Assembly: GCA_041395025.1 (NCBI GenBank)
Contig: JAWLBH010000001.1
Location: 30,001 to 62,000, forward strand
Direction: 5' to 3'
Source of the DNA: Chlamydiales bacterium
GTDB lineage: Bacteria > Chlamydiota > Chlamydiia > Chlamydiales > JAAKFR01
DNA length: 32,000 nucleotides
Each line of letters opens with the position of its first letter. The first letter of the stretch is position 1. Below the pieces are notes generated by a model, which made no database searches, was not told the DNA's origin, and was given only the letters and a program-made list of their open reading frames with translations. A program made the position numbers and the translations under genes. Shown in pieces: positions 7,942 to 17,330 of the stretch.

Positions 7942-8024
7942 TTTAGTGAAAAGAAATTGTAAATTTTCATCTTTTAGATTTTGATCAAGTGACTCCAATT
8001 TTTTTAGAAAAAAAAGTTGTGTGG

Positions 8025-9800
8025 TTAATTAAGATGAGCTGTTTCACTATCGCCCATTTCCATTCCATTTGGGAAATAAGTGTTCCAATGTTTAGTCACA
8101 TGGTTTTTTGTCTCTAAATCACAAGAAAGTTCATCGGGATAATTCTTTTTCATTCGAGCATCAATGAGAAGAGGACCCGAATAGGCGATATGATTCCGGA
8201 TCACTTGTTTTTTAGCATAAAGATCAGCAGCTGGTTCAAATCGGGTAAAAACTGTCCATAGAAATGCTGTTTCACTCTTGATTGTTTGCTCGATGTTATC
8301 TACAAGAATGATAAGAGGCCAATCTTTAAATCCTTCATAAGCGAATAGTGTTTCATTAAATTCTCCTTCAACCACTAAACAACCAGGAGAAAATGGATGC
8401 GCTTTTCGAAGAGTTAAAGGAAGTTGGCCTTGATAGATGTTAGGAAGATCGCGTTGTTTTTCTCCTATTCCTAGCATGACTCCTCTCGAGCCTTGATTCA
8501 AGCTAGGACCAGTGTAGTCTAAGGTATCAAGAGAAAGATTAGAAAAAACAAAAAGATCTGTTTCAGGAGAGAATCTTTCTAAAATTATAGTTAAGACGGC
8601 ACGAAAGTTTCGTAGATCTACTGTTTGGTTAGTGAGCAAGAGAAATTTAGTGAGCGCAAGTTGACCTTCTCCTAAGATACGAAATGCTGAAACCATGGAC
8701 TCACGATAATACCGTTCTTGGACCACAGCAGCTGAAAGAGAGTGGAAACCTGTTTCACCATAACTCCATAAAGCTTTTACACCAGGCATCACGAGTGGAA
8801 AGAGAGGAGAGAGGAGTTCCTGTAGATAATTTCCTATATAAAAATCTTCTTGGCGAGGTTTACCTACAATCGTTGCAGGATAGATAGCATCTTTTCTATG
8901 GTAGATAGCATCACAAGTGAAAACAGGAAATGGGTGTTTTAAACTATAATAACCATAATGATCTCCAAATGGTCCTTCTAATCGTCGGATATGAGGCTGT
9001 GCATTTCCAATTAAAGCAAATTCGCATTCAGAAATTAATGGATGCGAAGTATAGGGTGAATGGCATACATCGAGTTTCTTACCTTGTATCAATCCACATA
9101 TCATGGTTTCTGAGATATTTTCAGGCAGAGGAGCAATCGCACTTAACATGAGAGCTGGAGGGCCACCAATAAAGATAGAAACAGGTAGAGGTTGATTTTC
9201 CTTTTCTGCTTGGTAAAAATGAAATCCTCCTCCTTTTTGAATTTGAAAATGAAGACCAGCTTCTGTAGCGTTATATCGTTGAATACGATACATTCCTAAA
9301 TTAGGAATCCTTGCCTCAGGAGATTCTGTATACACAAGTGGCAGAGTAATGAAATGGCCTCCATCCATAGGCCATGTTTTTAGCATAGGAATTTTGTTCA
9401 GGTTTGGAGGATGACAGTGTACTGCTTTAATGGGGCCGTGTTTCGATTTTTTTGTTCCTAGATAGAGACAGTTTTTCAGAAGCTGTCTATTTTTCCATAA
9501 AAGATTCCACTTTGGGGGAAAGTTTTTTGAAATCATCTGGACTAATTGAGCAATGACTTGTTCAGGGTGATTAGGAAAAGCTAACTTCACCCGTTTAAGT
9601 GAGCCAAATAAATTAGTCACAACAGGAAAAGAAGAATTTTTCACATGATGAAAAAAAAGAGCAGGGCCATTAACAGCAGCAACACGCCTATGAATTTCAG
9701 CAAGTTCTAGATCAGGATCGACTGGATGATAGACATCAACAATTTCTTCTGATTTTCTAAGTTCTTGTAGAAAATCACGTAAATTTAGATGGGAAGGCAT
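8025..9800 (-). CDS. ubiD: UbiD-family (prenylated-FMN dependent) decarboxylase, probably in quinone/menaquinone biosynthesis
   Basis: 591 aa with UbiD-like blocks (...NLGMYRIQ...[11 protein letters not shown]...[10 protein letters not shown]...). Synteny with rpmB and the PLD gene follows the CT085 pattern. Confidence 0.85.
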   Translation of the reverse strand: MPSHLNLRDFLQELRKSEEIVDVYHPVDPDLELAEIHRRVAAVNGPALFFHHVKNSSFPVVTNLFGSLKRVKLAFPNHPEQVIAQLVQMISKNFPPKWNLLWKNRQLLKNCLYLGTKKSKHGPIKAVHCHPPNLNKIPMLKTWPMDGGHFITLPLVYTESPEARIPNLGMYRIQRYNATEAGLHFQIQKGGGFHFYQAEKENQPLPVSIFIGGPPALMLSAIAPLPENISETMICGLIQGKKLDVCHSPYTSHPLISECEFALIGNAQPHIRRLEGPFGDHYGYYSLKHPFPVFTCDAIYHRKDAIYPATIVGKPRQEDFYIGNYLQELLSPLFPLVMPGVKALWSYGETGFHSLSAAVVQERYYRESMVSAFRILGEGQLALTKFLLLTNQTVDLRNFRAVLTIILERFSPETDLFVFSNLSLDTLDYTGPSLNQGSRGVMLGIGEKQRDLPNIYQGQLPLTLRKAHPFSPGCLVVEGEFNETLFAYEGFKDWPLIILVDNIEQTIKSETAFLWTVFTRFEPAADLYAKKQVIRNHIAYSGPLLIDARMKKNYPDELSCDLETKNHVTKHWNTYFPNGMEMGDSETAHLN

Positions 9801-10069
9801 TTTTTGTTTTGAATATGCCTTTTTTTGAGTACGTAATCGAGTCCTAGTTTATCTATTGTACGCATTGTAGAGACTGCAAGACGAAGGGTAATAAAACGAT
9901 TTTCTTCGGGATACCAAAAGCGTTTTATAATTAAGTTAGGCAAAAAACGTCGCTTATTTTTTCCTGTAATATTGAGTCCGATGCCCTTTTTCTTTTTAGC
10001 TATTCCACGCAGGGTATAACTTCTACCTTTTTGTGGTTTTTTACCAGTAATCTGACATTTTCTAGACAT
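9785..10069 (-). CDS. rpmB: 50S ribosomal protein L28
   Basis: [22 protein letters not shown]... is a canonical L28 N-terminus. GGAG lies 8-11 nt upstream of the ATG at 10069. The ORF-track TTG extension to 10081 contains that SD, so I rejected it. The 3' end overlaps the ubiD start by 16 nt. Confidence 0.9.
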   Translation of the reverse strand: MSRKCQITGKKPQKGRSYTLRGIAKKKKGIGLNITGKNKRRFLPNLIIKRFWYPEENRFITLRLAVSTMRTIDKLGLDYVLKKRHIQNKKCLPI

Positions 10070-10114
10070 TAAAAACTCCAATTTTTAATTGAAAAAAAAT
10101 TATATCACTATGGC

Positions 10115-11587
10115 ATGTATCTTGCAAGTACCAGCTTATATCTTAAGTCATCTAAAAATGGATTATTAAAGATTGGTGGATGTTTGAGTTATGAAATAAA
10201 AAAAATAAAAATTAATTTTGCTGTCATTGGCTCAGGACCTGCAGGACAGACAGCTGCACTTCAAGTCGCTAAACTAGGAAAATCGGTTGTGATAATCGAA
10301 AAGGAGATTGTGCCTGGAGGACATTGTTTGAATTCCGCAACAATTCCTTCTAAATCTCTTCGCGAGGCAATTATTGATTTAACCAATTATCATGAGAGAA
10401 GTTTTTATGGTTCTAGTTGTTTACGCGAGGTTACCATTCTTGATCTAAATTACCGACTCAATACTGTCCTTGAAGGAGAACGGGCAGTTTTATTGCATAA
10501 TTTTAAAAAAAATAAGATTTCCTTTATTCAAGGAAGAGCACAATTTCAGAATCCAAACCAACTTGCTATTTTAAATGATAAAGGGGAGTGTTTTTGCGAG
10601 ATCAGTGCAGATAAAATTTTAATTGCCACTGGATCAGAGCCACGTAATCCGATGGATATTCCTTTTGATTCTAATGTCATTCTTGACTCAACCCGTTTGC
10701 TTACCATTGAAAATATACCAGATACCATGATTGTCCTTGGAGGAGGAGTGGTTGGTACTGAGTATGCAAGTTTTTTTGCTTTGCTTGGGACAAAAGTTAT
10801 AGTTTTGGACAAACAGGATCGATTTCTCGACTTTTTGGATGAGGAAATCGGTGCTCATCTGCAATATAGTTTGAAAGAATTTGGATTAGTTTTTGTCCCA
10901 CATAAAAGGCCAAAAATAGTCGAGCGTATGAAAAATTGTGGCAGAGTTATATGTGAAGACGATTCCATCTATGAAGGAGAAGTGATTTTATATGCTCTAG
11001 GTCGTGAAGCAAATATCAAGGATTTAAATATTCACCTATCTGGAGTTCAGGTGAATGAACGAGGTTTTATTCCTACTAATCAGTATTTTCAAACTTCTAT
11101 CCCTCATATTTATGCAGCTGGCGATGTGATTGGATTTCCAGCACTTGCTTCTACGAGCATGGAACAAGGACGTTTAGCTGGAAGACATGCTTATAGTGCA
11201 GAAACCCCTCTTTTTCCTAAACTTTTTCCCTTAGGAATTTACACAATTCCTGAAATCTCCTCTTGTGGATACACTGAAGAAGAATTACAGAAAAAAAATA
11301 TTTCTTATGGGATTGGACGGGCTTATTATTATGAAATTGCTCGGAGCCATATTACGGGATCAGGTCATATTGGTCTTTTTAAAATTTTATTTAATCGTAA
11401 TAATCTTGATATTTTAGGGACACATATTATAGGAAGAAATGCTACGGAGCTCATTCATATCGGGCAAGTCGCTATGTCTTTTGGTGCAAAACTCGATTAC
11501 TTTGTTAATCAGGTCTTCAATTATCCAACTTTTGCAGAAGGATACCGGATTGCTGCTTTAAATGGACTCAACAAAATAAGATCTTAG
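10115..11587 (+). CDS. sthA: Soluble pyridine nucleotide transhydrogenase-like flavoprotein (SthA/UdhA type)
   Basis: It aligns along its whole length, from memory, with E. coli SthA: FAVIGSGPAGQ, GGHCLNSATIPSKSLREAI (one Cys only, as in SthA rather than the CxxxxC of LpdA), YAAGDVIGFPALAS, GIYTIPEISS.G, and C-terminal FNYPTFAEGYRIAALNGLNK. The start is uncertain. ATG 10115 is only 45 nt from the divergent rpmB start, and an in-frame TTG at 10184 preceded by GGTGGA is an alternative. Confidence 0.85.
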   Translation: MYLASTSLYLKSSKNGLLKIGGCLSYEIKKIKINFAVIGSGPAGQTAALQVAKLGKSVVIIEKEIVPGGHCLNSATIPSKSLREAIIDLTNYHERSFYGSSCLREVTILDLNYRLNTVLEGERAVLLHNFKKNKISFIQGRAQFQNPNQLAILNDKGECFCEISADKILIATGSEPRNPMDIPFDSNVILDSTRLLTIENIPDTMIVLGGGVVGTEYASFFALLGTKVIVLDKQDRFLDFLDEEIGAHLQYSLKEFGLVFVPHKRPKIVERMKNCGRVICEDDSIYEGEVILYALGREANIKDLNIHLSGVQVNERGFIPTNQYFQTSIPHIYAAGDVIGFPALASTSMEQGRLAGRHAYSAETPLFPKLFPLGIYTIPEISSCGYTEEELQKKNISYGIGRAYYYEIARSHITGSGHIGLFKILFNRNNLDILGTHIIGRNATELIHIGQVAMSFGAKLDYFVNQVFNYPTFAEGYRIAALNGLNKIRS

Positions 11588-11589
11588 AA

Positions 11590-13017
11590 ATGATTTTTTT
11601 ATTTATTGCAACAGCAGCTCTTTTCAATAGTTTAGATCCTTCATCAGTTGCTCAATCCATCGCTTATCATCAGCTTTATCCCGAACATGCTCCTTCATTC
11701 AAACGAGTGATGGATCTTTTAGGGACGGCTTGTAAAGAAGAGATTGCAGCAGTTGGATCAGCGTTAGGTAAATCTTCGGATCAATTACTTGAATCAGAGA
11801 TAATTTTAATTGAAAAGTTAGCTGCTCGTCTCCCGAATCGTAAATTAAATGGATATTATGCCCATTCTGAGAAAGAGATATTTCCTCTTCATTCTGCAGA
11901 GATCGATTTAGGGATGGCATTACTTCTTTCACAATTAGATGGTCAATCTGATTGTTATTTACAAGCACGTCGTTATTCAGCAATGCTTGATTTGATGGCT
12001 CTTCAAATTTTAGCTGCACTTCCACATGAAGCCACTGCGATTGAAAAAATTGAAGAAACAAATCGATTTATCTTTGATAAGATGCATTTTCGATTTCCTC
12101 CTCATTCTTTATATGCAGATCAGATTGATCGATATACCTTTCTTCCATCAGTCATGGACAATCATTTAGGAGTTTGTCTAGGAGTGACTGCTCTTTACCT
12201 AGCTATTGCACAGCGCATTGGTCTTTCTCTTGAAATCATTACTCCACCGGGTCATATCTATATTCGTCATCATCAAAATGGGCAGATAATAAATATTGAA
12301 ACCACTGCGCGTGGAACTCATCCAATAAGTGAAGTATATTTAGGGATCAATAATCGTAGCTTACGGAAGCGTGATTTGAAAGAGGTCATTGGGATGACTT
12401 ATATTAACCAGGGATCTGCTTATCTCAATGCAAATCAATTCGCCCAAGCCTTAAATGCCTATAAAAAAGCTTTTCTTTATCTCCCTGAAGACATTCTTAT
12501 GAAAGAGTTGTTGGGTTATAGCTATATCCTTAACGGGCAAAAAGAAGAAGGAGAAAAGCTGTTAAATCAAATTAAAGGACAAATTCCAGATGAAGCTGTG
12601 GTCAAACATGGAATGGTTGAGGATTATTTAGCTGGCAATGTGGGAATTGATGGCATTCAAGTGGTTTTTTCGAATGTGGATGAAACACGGAATTCAATTA
12701 TTAAAAAACAAAAGGCACTTCAAGCTATTATGCAGAAATATCCCCACTTTAAAGAAGGAATGCAACAACTTGCTGTCACTTGGATTCAGTTACATCGAAC
12801 AAAAGAGGCGATTAAAGCCTTACACTGTTGTATGGAAATGGATCCAGATAATCCGATTACAGCCTATTATCTTGCAATGTTGTATGGAGAAAGACAGGAT
12901 TTTAAAGCATGTTGGTATTATCTTATACAAGCAGAATCGATTACAGCTAAACATAATTTTTTACCAAAGGCTTTAAAAGACTTAAGAAGAATGCTTACAG
13001 CCTATTGTCCGCAATAG
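11590..13017 (+). CDS. Transglutaminase-like (SirB1/YchA-type putative cysteine protease fold) protein with C-terminal TPR repeats and a hydrophobic N-terminus
   Basis: Core motif HLGVCLGVTALYLAIAQRIGLSLEIITPPGHIYIRH (Cys196, His222). The C-terminal half is TPR-like (GSAYLNANQFAQALNAYKKAF..., AYYLAMLYGERQDFKACWYYL). The ATG lies 2 nt after the sthA stop. Confidence 0.7.
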   Translation: MIFLFIATAALFNSLDPSSVAQSIAYHQLYPEHAPSFKRVMDLLGTACKEEIAAVGSALGKSSDQLLESEIILIEKLAARLPNRKLNGYYAHSEKEIFPLHSAEIDLGMALLLSQLDGQSDCYLQARRYSAMLDLMALQILAALPHEATAIEKIEETNRFIFDKMHFRFPPHSLYADQIDRYTFLPSVMDNHLGVCLGVTALYLAIAQRIGLSLEIITPPGHIYIRHHQNGQIINIETTARGTHPISEVYLGINNRSLRKRDLKEVIGMTYINQGSAYLNANQFAQALNAYKKAFLYLPEDILMKELLGYSYILNGQKEEGEKLLNQIKGQIPDEAVVKHGMVEDYLAGNVGIDGIQVVFSNVDETRNSIIKKQKALQAIMQKYPHFKEGMQQLAVTWIQLHRTKEAIKALHCCMEMDPDNPITAYYLAMLYGERQDFKACWYYLIQAESITAKHNFLPKALKDLRRMLTAYCPQ

Positions 13018-13076
13018 GAGAAATCATAACTTATCAAAGAGTCGATTGATCTTCCTGATTAGGATTTAGAAAATCC

Positions 13077-13117
13077 TTGCATCTACTGTTTATTTGAGAT
13101 TATAATTTTTTCTCAAA
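13077..13117 (+). promoter_or_regulatory. Putative sigma-70/66-type promoter of clpB, with an inverted repeat bracketing the -10
   Basis: TTGCAT (13077-13082), an 18-nt spacer, then TATAAT (13101-13106), about 40 nt upstream of the clpB ATG. A perfect inverted repeat, TTTGAGA (13093-13099) / TCTCAAA (13111-13117), flanks the -10. The clpB SD GGGAG is at 13137-13141. This is by-eye pattern matching only. Confidence 0.35.
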
Positions 13118-13147
13118 CTGATATGAGTATCTAACAGGGAGATTGTT

Positions 13148-15733
13148 ATGGAAAAATTTTCTGAAGCTGCTCAAGAAGCAGTACAAAGTGCCTTTCAAAA
13201 AGCACAAGAAAATCATCATCCTGAAATTACAGAAAACCATTTACTTGTCTCTTTCCTAGAAAATCCTCAGGGGTATTTTTCTACGCTTTTAAATGAAACT
13301 TCGGGAAATACAAAAGAGTTATTGACTCATCTTAAAAATTTTCTCGCACATTTGCCAAAGTATACAGGAGAAGGTGGTCCTCCAAAACCTTCATCAGATT
13401 TTCAAGCACGTATCATGGAGGCTCAGAAATTTTCTACTGAACTGGGTGATAGTTATATTTCCAGCGATCATTTTTTATTAAGTTTTTGGAAGAGTGGTGG
13501 GGAACCATTTGCATTATGGCGTAAAGCAACCGGTTTTTCTTTAAAGGATTTAAAATCGTTGATTGAGAAAATTCGTGGAAATCGTCATATGGATTCACCT
13601 ACGGCTGAATCTAGTATGAAAAGTTTGGAGAAATATTGCAAAAATTACACTGCCTTAGCAAAAGAGGGGAAGCTAGATCCAGTGATCGGGCGTGATGAAG
13701 AAATTCGAAGAACGATACAGGTATTAAGTCGACGTACAAAAAATAATCCGATGCTTATTGGAGAGCCTGGAGTAGGCAAAACAGCGATTGTTGAGGGATT
13801 AGCTCAAAGAATTGTGCAAAAAGATGTTCCTGAATCATTACTAAACAAACAACTTGTTGCATTGGATATGGGCAGTTTAATTGCTGGCACTAAGTTTCGT
13901 GGGGAATTTGAAGAAAGGTTAAAAGCTATTTTAGGAGAGATCGAACAAAAAGAAGGGGAAATTATTCTTTTCATTGATGAGGTTCATACCCTAGTTGGAG
14001 CAGGAGCAGCAGAAGGTGCAATGGATGCTGCAAATCTTTTAAAGCCAGCACTTGCTAGAGGACTACTTCACTGTATTGGTGCTACCACTTTAAATGAATA
14101 TCAAAAATATATCGAGAAGGATGCGGCTTTAGAGCGTCGTTTTCAAACAGTGATGGTATTAGAGCCTTCTTTAGAAGATTCAATCGCAATTTTACGAGGT
14201 TTGAAAGAGCGTTATGAAATTTTTCATGGAGTGCGCATTACAGAAGACGCTCTTCATGCTGCGGTCCATCTTTCACATCGCTATATTTCTGATAGGTTTC
14301 TTCCTGATAAAGCCATTGATTTGGTAGATGAAGCAGCGAGTCTAATACGTATGCAACTTGGTTCTCGTCCTTTACCAATTGATATAAAAGAGAGAGAACT
14401 TGCCTCTCTTATTGTGCAACAGGAAGGATCTAAAACAGAGCATGTAAAAGGAGAAAGTGATGAACTTAAGAAAAAAATTGCGAATATAAAAGAAGAGTTA
14501 GCAAGTCTTAAGACACGTTGGGAAAATGAGAAGGGGATGTTATTATCATTAAAAGATAAAAAAAATAGATTAGAACAACTAAGATTTCAAGAAGAAGAAG
14601 CTGAACGAGTGGCTGAATATAATAAAGTGGCGCAATTGCGTTATAATGATATTCCAGCACTTGAGAAGGAAGTTCTTAGATTACAAGATGAATTAGCAAG
14701 ACAAGATGGACGTTTACTTCAAGAAGAAGTCGATGAATTTTTAATTGCTCAAATTGTAGCAAAATGGACAGGCATTCCTGTCGAAAAAATGTTGGAAGGG
14801 GAAGCTCAAAAGCTTTTACATTTAGAAGAAATCATCGAAAAACAATTAGTTGGTCAATCTTTTGCAGTGAAAGCTGTCAGTGATGCAATTCGCTCTGCAA
14901 GGGCTGGTTTAAATGATCCAAATCGACCAACTGGGGTCTTTCTTTTTTTAGGACCAACTGGGGTAGGAAAAACTGAGTTAGCAAAAATTTTAGCTAACCA
15001 ACTTTTTAATAATGAAGACGCAATGATTCGTCTCGATATGTCTGAATACATGGAGAAACATACTGTTTCTAAATTGATAGGCTCTCCTCCCGGCTATGTT
15101 GGATATGATGAAGGAGGGCAACTTTCAGAAGCTTTGCGTCGTCGTCCATATGCTGTTGTTTTGCTTGATGAAATTGAAAAAGCGCACCATGACGTCTTCA
15201 ATATTCTTCTTCAAGTATTTGATGATGGGCGTTTAACTGATAGTAAGGGAAGGAAAGTAAATTGTAAGAATGCTTTGTTTATTATGACTTCGAATATTGG
15301 ATCAGAACAATTAATGTCGGCCATTCAGAGTGGTCAGGCAGAATTTCTAATCACTAAAGAAGAAGTACTCAAGAAAGTCGAACCTTTATTGACTCAATAT
15401 TTTCGTCCAGAATTTCTCAACCGTCTTGATGAGATCCTTCCTTTTCTTCCTCTTCAACAAAAACAAATGCATAAAATTGTCCTTATTCAAATAGATCGTG
15501 TAGTTAATAGACTCAAGGAAAAGCAAATACAACTTTTGTGGGACGAAAATGTCATCGATTTTCTTGCTCAAGAAGGTTATAGTCCTGCTTTTGGAGCACG
15601 TCCTTTAAAAAGGTTAATTCAAAATAAATTAGTGAATCTTTTATCTAAAGGCATTTTAGAAGGACAAATCAGTAGTAATAGTACGATTAAAATTCGTTTA
15701 CACGATCATCAGATTGTTTTTGAAACAAAATAA
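13148..15733 (+). CDS. clpB: ATP-dependent chaperone / disaggregase ClpB
   Basis: There are two AAA+ modules: [15 protein letters not shown] with Walker B ILFIDEVH, and [15 protein letters not shown] with Walker [13 protein letters not shown] long coiled-coil middle domain lies between them, an N-terminal Clp_N region is present, and no ClpP-binding loop is evident. Confidence 0.97.
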   Translation: MEKFSEAAQEAVQSAFQKAQENHHPEITENHLLVSFLENPQGYFSTLLNETSGNTKELLTHLKNFLAHLPKYTGEGGPPKPSSDFQARIMEAQKFSTELGDSYISSDHFLLSFWKSGGEPFALWRKATGFSLKDLKSLIEKIRGNRHMDSPTAESSMKSLEKYCKNYTALAKEGKLDPVIGRDEEIRRTIQVLSRRTKNNPMLIGEPGVGKTAIVEGLAQRIVQKDVPESLLNKQLVALDMGSLIAGTKFRGEFEERLKAILGEIEQKEGEIILFIDEVHTLVGAGAAEGAMDAANLLKPALARGLLHCIGATTLNEYQKYIEKDAALERRFQTVMVLEPSLEDSIAILRGLKERYEIFHGVRITEDALHAAVHLSHRYISDRFLPDKAIDLVDEAASLIRMQLGSRPLPIDIKERELASLIVQQEGSKTEHVKGESDELKKKIANIKEELASLKTRWENEKGMLLSLKDKKNRLEQLRFQEEEAERVAEYNKVAQLRYNDIPALEKEVLRLQDELARQDGRLLQEEVDEFLIAQIVAKWTGIPVEKMLEGEAQKLLHLEEIIEKQLVGQSFAVKAVSDAIRSARAGLNDPNRPTGVFLFLGPTGVGKTELAKILANQLFNNEDAMIRLDMSEYMEKHTVSKLIGSPPGYVGYDEGGQLSEALRRRPYAVVLLDEIEKAHHDVFNILLQVFDDGRLTDSKGRKVNCKNALFIMTSNIGSEQLMSAIQSGQAEFLITKEEVLKKVEPLLTQYFRPEFLNRLDEILPFLPLQQKQMHKIVLIQIDRVVNRLKEKQIQLLWDENVIDFLAQEGYSPAFGARPLKRLIQNKLVNLLSKGILEGQISSNSTIKIRLHDHQIVFETK

Positions 15734-15735
15734 GA

Positions 15736-17328
15736 TTATTTTATTAAATTATGGATGGTTTCTGCTAAAGGAATGTTTTCAGTGATTTTTTCGATGGGTA
15801 GACGAAATCGATAAGTCCAATTCGTGCTAAGAATGGTGCCTGGGATATTGATTCTTTCATTATTTGGATTTTCAGATATAAGTTGAGGAAAAAGAGCTAA
15901 ATATTCTTGTAGTGGATTAATATGTAAAAGGCTTGAAGAATGGTGCGAGTCCCACAATATTTCCTTATGTTGATGAAGAGTTAGGAAGGGTTTATAACCC
16001 CATTGTTTAAATTGACAGAAGAGTTTTGCTTCTTTAGGAAAATGTCTCCACCAAAGTTGTAAGGGATCAGAGTCATGATTAGAAACAGTGGTCATTGTAG
16101 TGGGTTGGTATTGATTGATTGGGATAAAACTCCCCTCACTCTCCCAGTACCTTTCCCACCGCATCATCTTTGTTCCACACAGACCCAAATCATGGAGAGA
16201 GTTTTTTATCTCTAAAGGAACTACACCTAAATCTTCAGCAATAGGAAACATTTTCCCTTTTTGAATGAGCATTTTGATGAGTTTAACTCCCTGAGACATC
16301 CATTCTTCTTTATTTACAGGGAAAAATGCTCCTGCTTTTGCAGGTTGACCCACGGGAATTGACCATATACGAAAAAAGCCTACGACATGATCTATTCGAT
16401 AGAGATGATAAAAATAGCTCGCAGTTTGTAGCCGTTCTTCCCACCATTGGTAACCATCTTTTTCAATTTCTTTCCAATTATATGTTGGGAAACCCCAATA
16501 TTGTCCCTCTCGTGATTGCATATCAGGAGGAGCACCAGCAACTTGGTTCATAAAGAAGTAACGACGAAAGTGCCAAACATCCACACTATCACGGCTAATT
16601 AAAATAGGAATATCTCCTTTTAGGAGGATATTATTTTGTGTCGCAATCTGTTTTACTTTTTTGAGTTGTTTATAACTTATATATTGCAGAAAAGTGTAAA
16701 ACTGGCATTTTTTCTCGTACTTCTTACACAATTCTTTGTACTCATTTTCAGAGGGGTTTTTGAGATAAATTGGCCACTCTTCCCAGTGTGTCCAGAGTTG
16801 TTCTTCCTTCAAAGAGTTAAAAAGCGCATAGGGTTGAATCCATGGATTTTGTTGAAGAAATAATTGATAATCAGTACTTTGACTATAATCCTGATAAACG
16901 AGAGGAACATACTCTCGGAAAAAAGCAAATTTTAACTCTCTGACAATATAATATTTAACCCGATCGGTATAGTTCCAGTAACGAATTTTTGCGAGTTTTT
17001 GTTGATAATCGGGCACGCGTTCTATTTGAAATAAAGCAGAAAGAGTAATATGGATAGGAGAAAGAGCATTCGCTGAAATCGCATTGTAAGGACTTGTACT
17101 TAGACCAGTATCATTGAGAGGCAGCAGTTGAATTATATTCATGCCCATCCTTCTGCACCATTTAATCATAGGAATGAGATCAAAAAACTCTCCAATGCCA
17201 CAACTATTTTCTGAATGAAGAGAAAAAAGAGGAAAACAGATGCCATGATGATTTCTGATTCCAATTTTATTCCATTGATCACCAGTAGATTTTTTTAAAA
17301 TTTCTTTTTTTAACTTCTCATCTTCCAT
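15736..17328 (-). CDS. malQ: 4-alpha-glucanotransferase (amylomaltase)
   Basis: GH77 blocks: GIGEFFDL, LLPLNDT, YRIDHVVGFFR, AEDLGVVP, SNHDS. The start is set at ATG 17328 (MEDEKLK...), 2 nt after the scc1 stop. The ORF-track extension to 17403 would overlap scc1 by 73 nt and encodes an implausible Cys/Arg-rich leader. Confidence 0.92.
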   Translation of the reverse strand: MEDEKLKKEILKKSTGDQWNKIGIRNHHGICFPLFSLHSENSCGIGEFFDLIPMIKWCRRMGMNIIQLLPLNDTGLSTSPYNAISANALSPIHITLSALFQIERVPDYQQKLAKIRYWNYTDRVKYYIVRELKFAFFREYVPLVYQDYSQSTDYQLFLQQNPWIQPYALFNSLKEEQLWTHWEEWPIYLKNPSENEYKELCKKYEKKCQFYTFLQYISYKQLKKVKQIATQNNILLKGDIPILISRDSVDVWHFRRYFFMNQVAGAPPDMQSREGQYWGFPTYNWKEIEKDGYQWWEERLQTASYFYHLYRIDHVVGFFRIWSIPVGQPAKAGAFFPVNKEEWMSQGVKLIKMLIQKGKMFPIAEDLGVVPLEIKNSLHDLGLCGTKMMRWERYWESEGSFIPINQYQPTTMTTVSNHDSDPLQLWWRHFPKEAKLFCQFKQWGYKPFLTLHQHKEILWDSHHSSSLLHINPLQEYLALFPQLISENPNNERINIPGTILSTNWTYRFRLPIEKITENIPLAETIHNLIK

Positions 17329-17330
17329 AA

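Noticed and set aside
11699-12061. Long antisense or alternate-frame ORFs in the six-frame track: 11699-12061 (-), 12638-12976 (+), 19993-20307 (+), 1541-1792 (-), 6092-6410 (+), 10546-10812 (-), 18641-18924 and others.
   Set aside because: Each lies entirely within a well-supported conserved gene on the other strand or frame. Their compositions are odd and low-complexity (Ser/Leu/Phe/Cys-rich), and they have no recognisable motifs or SD. They are typical shadow ORFs of AT-rich coding DNA.
13093-13117. The inverted repeat upstream of clpB, considered as a CIRCE/HrcA operator.
   Set aside because: The sequence TTTGAGA-N11-TCTCAAA bears no resemblance to CIRCE (TTAGCACTC-N9-GAGTGCTAA). It is kept only as an uncharacterised operator-like repeat in the findings.
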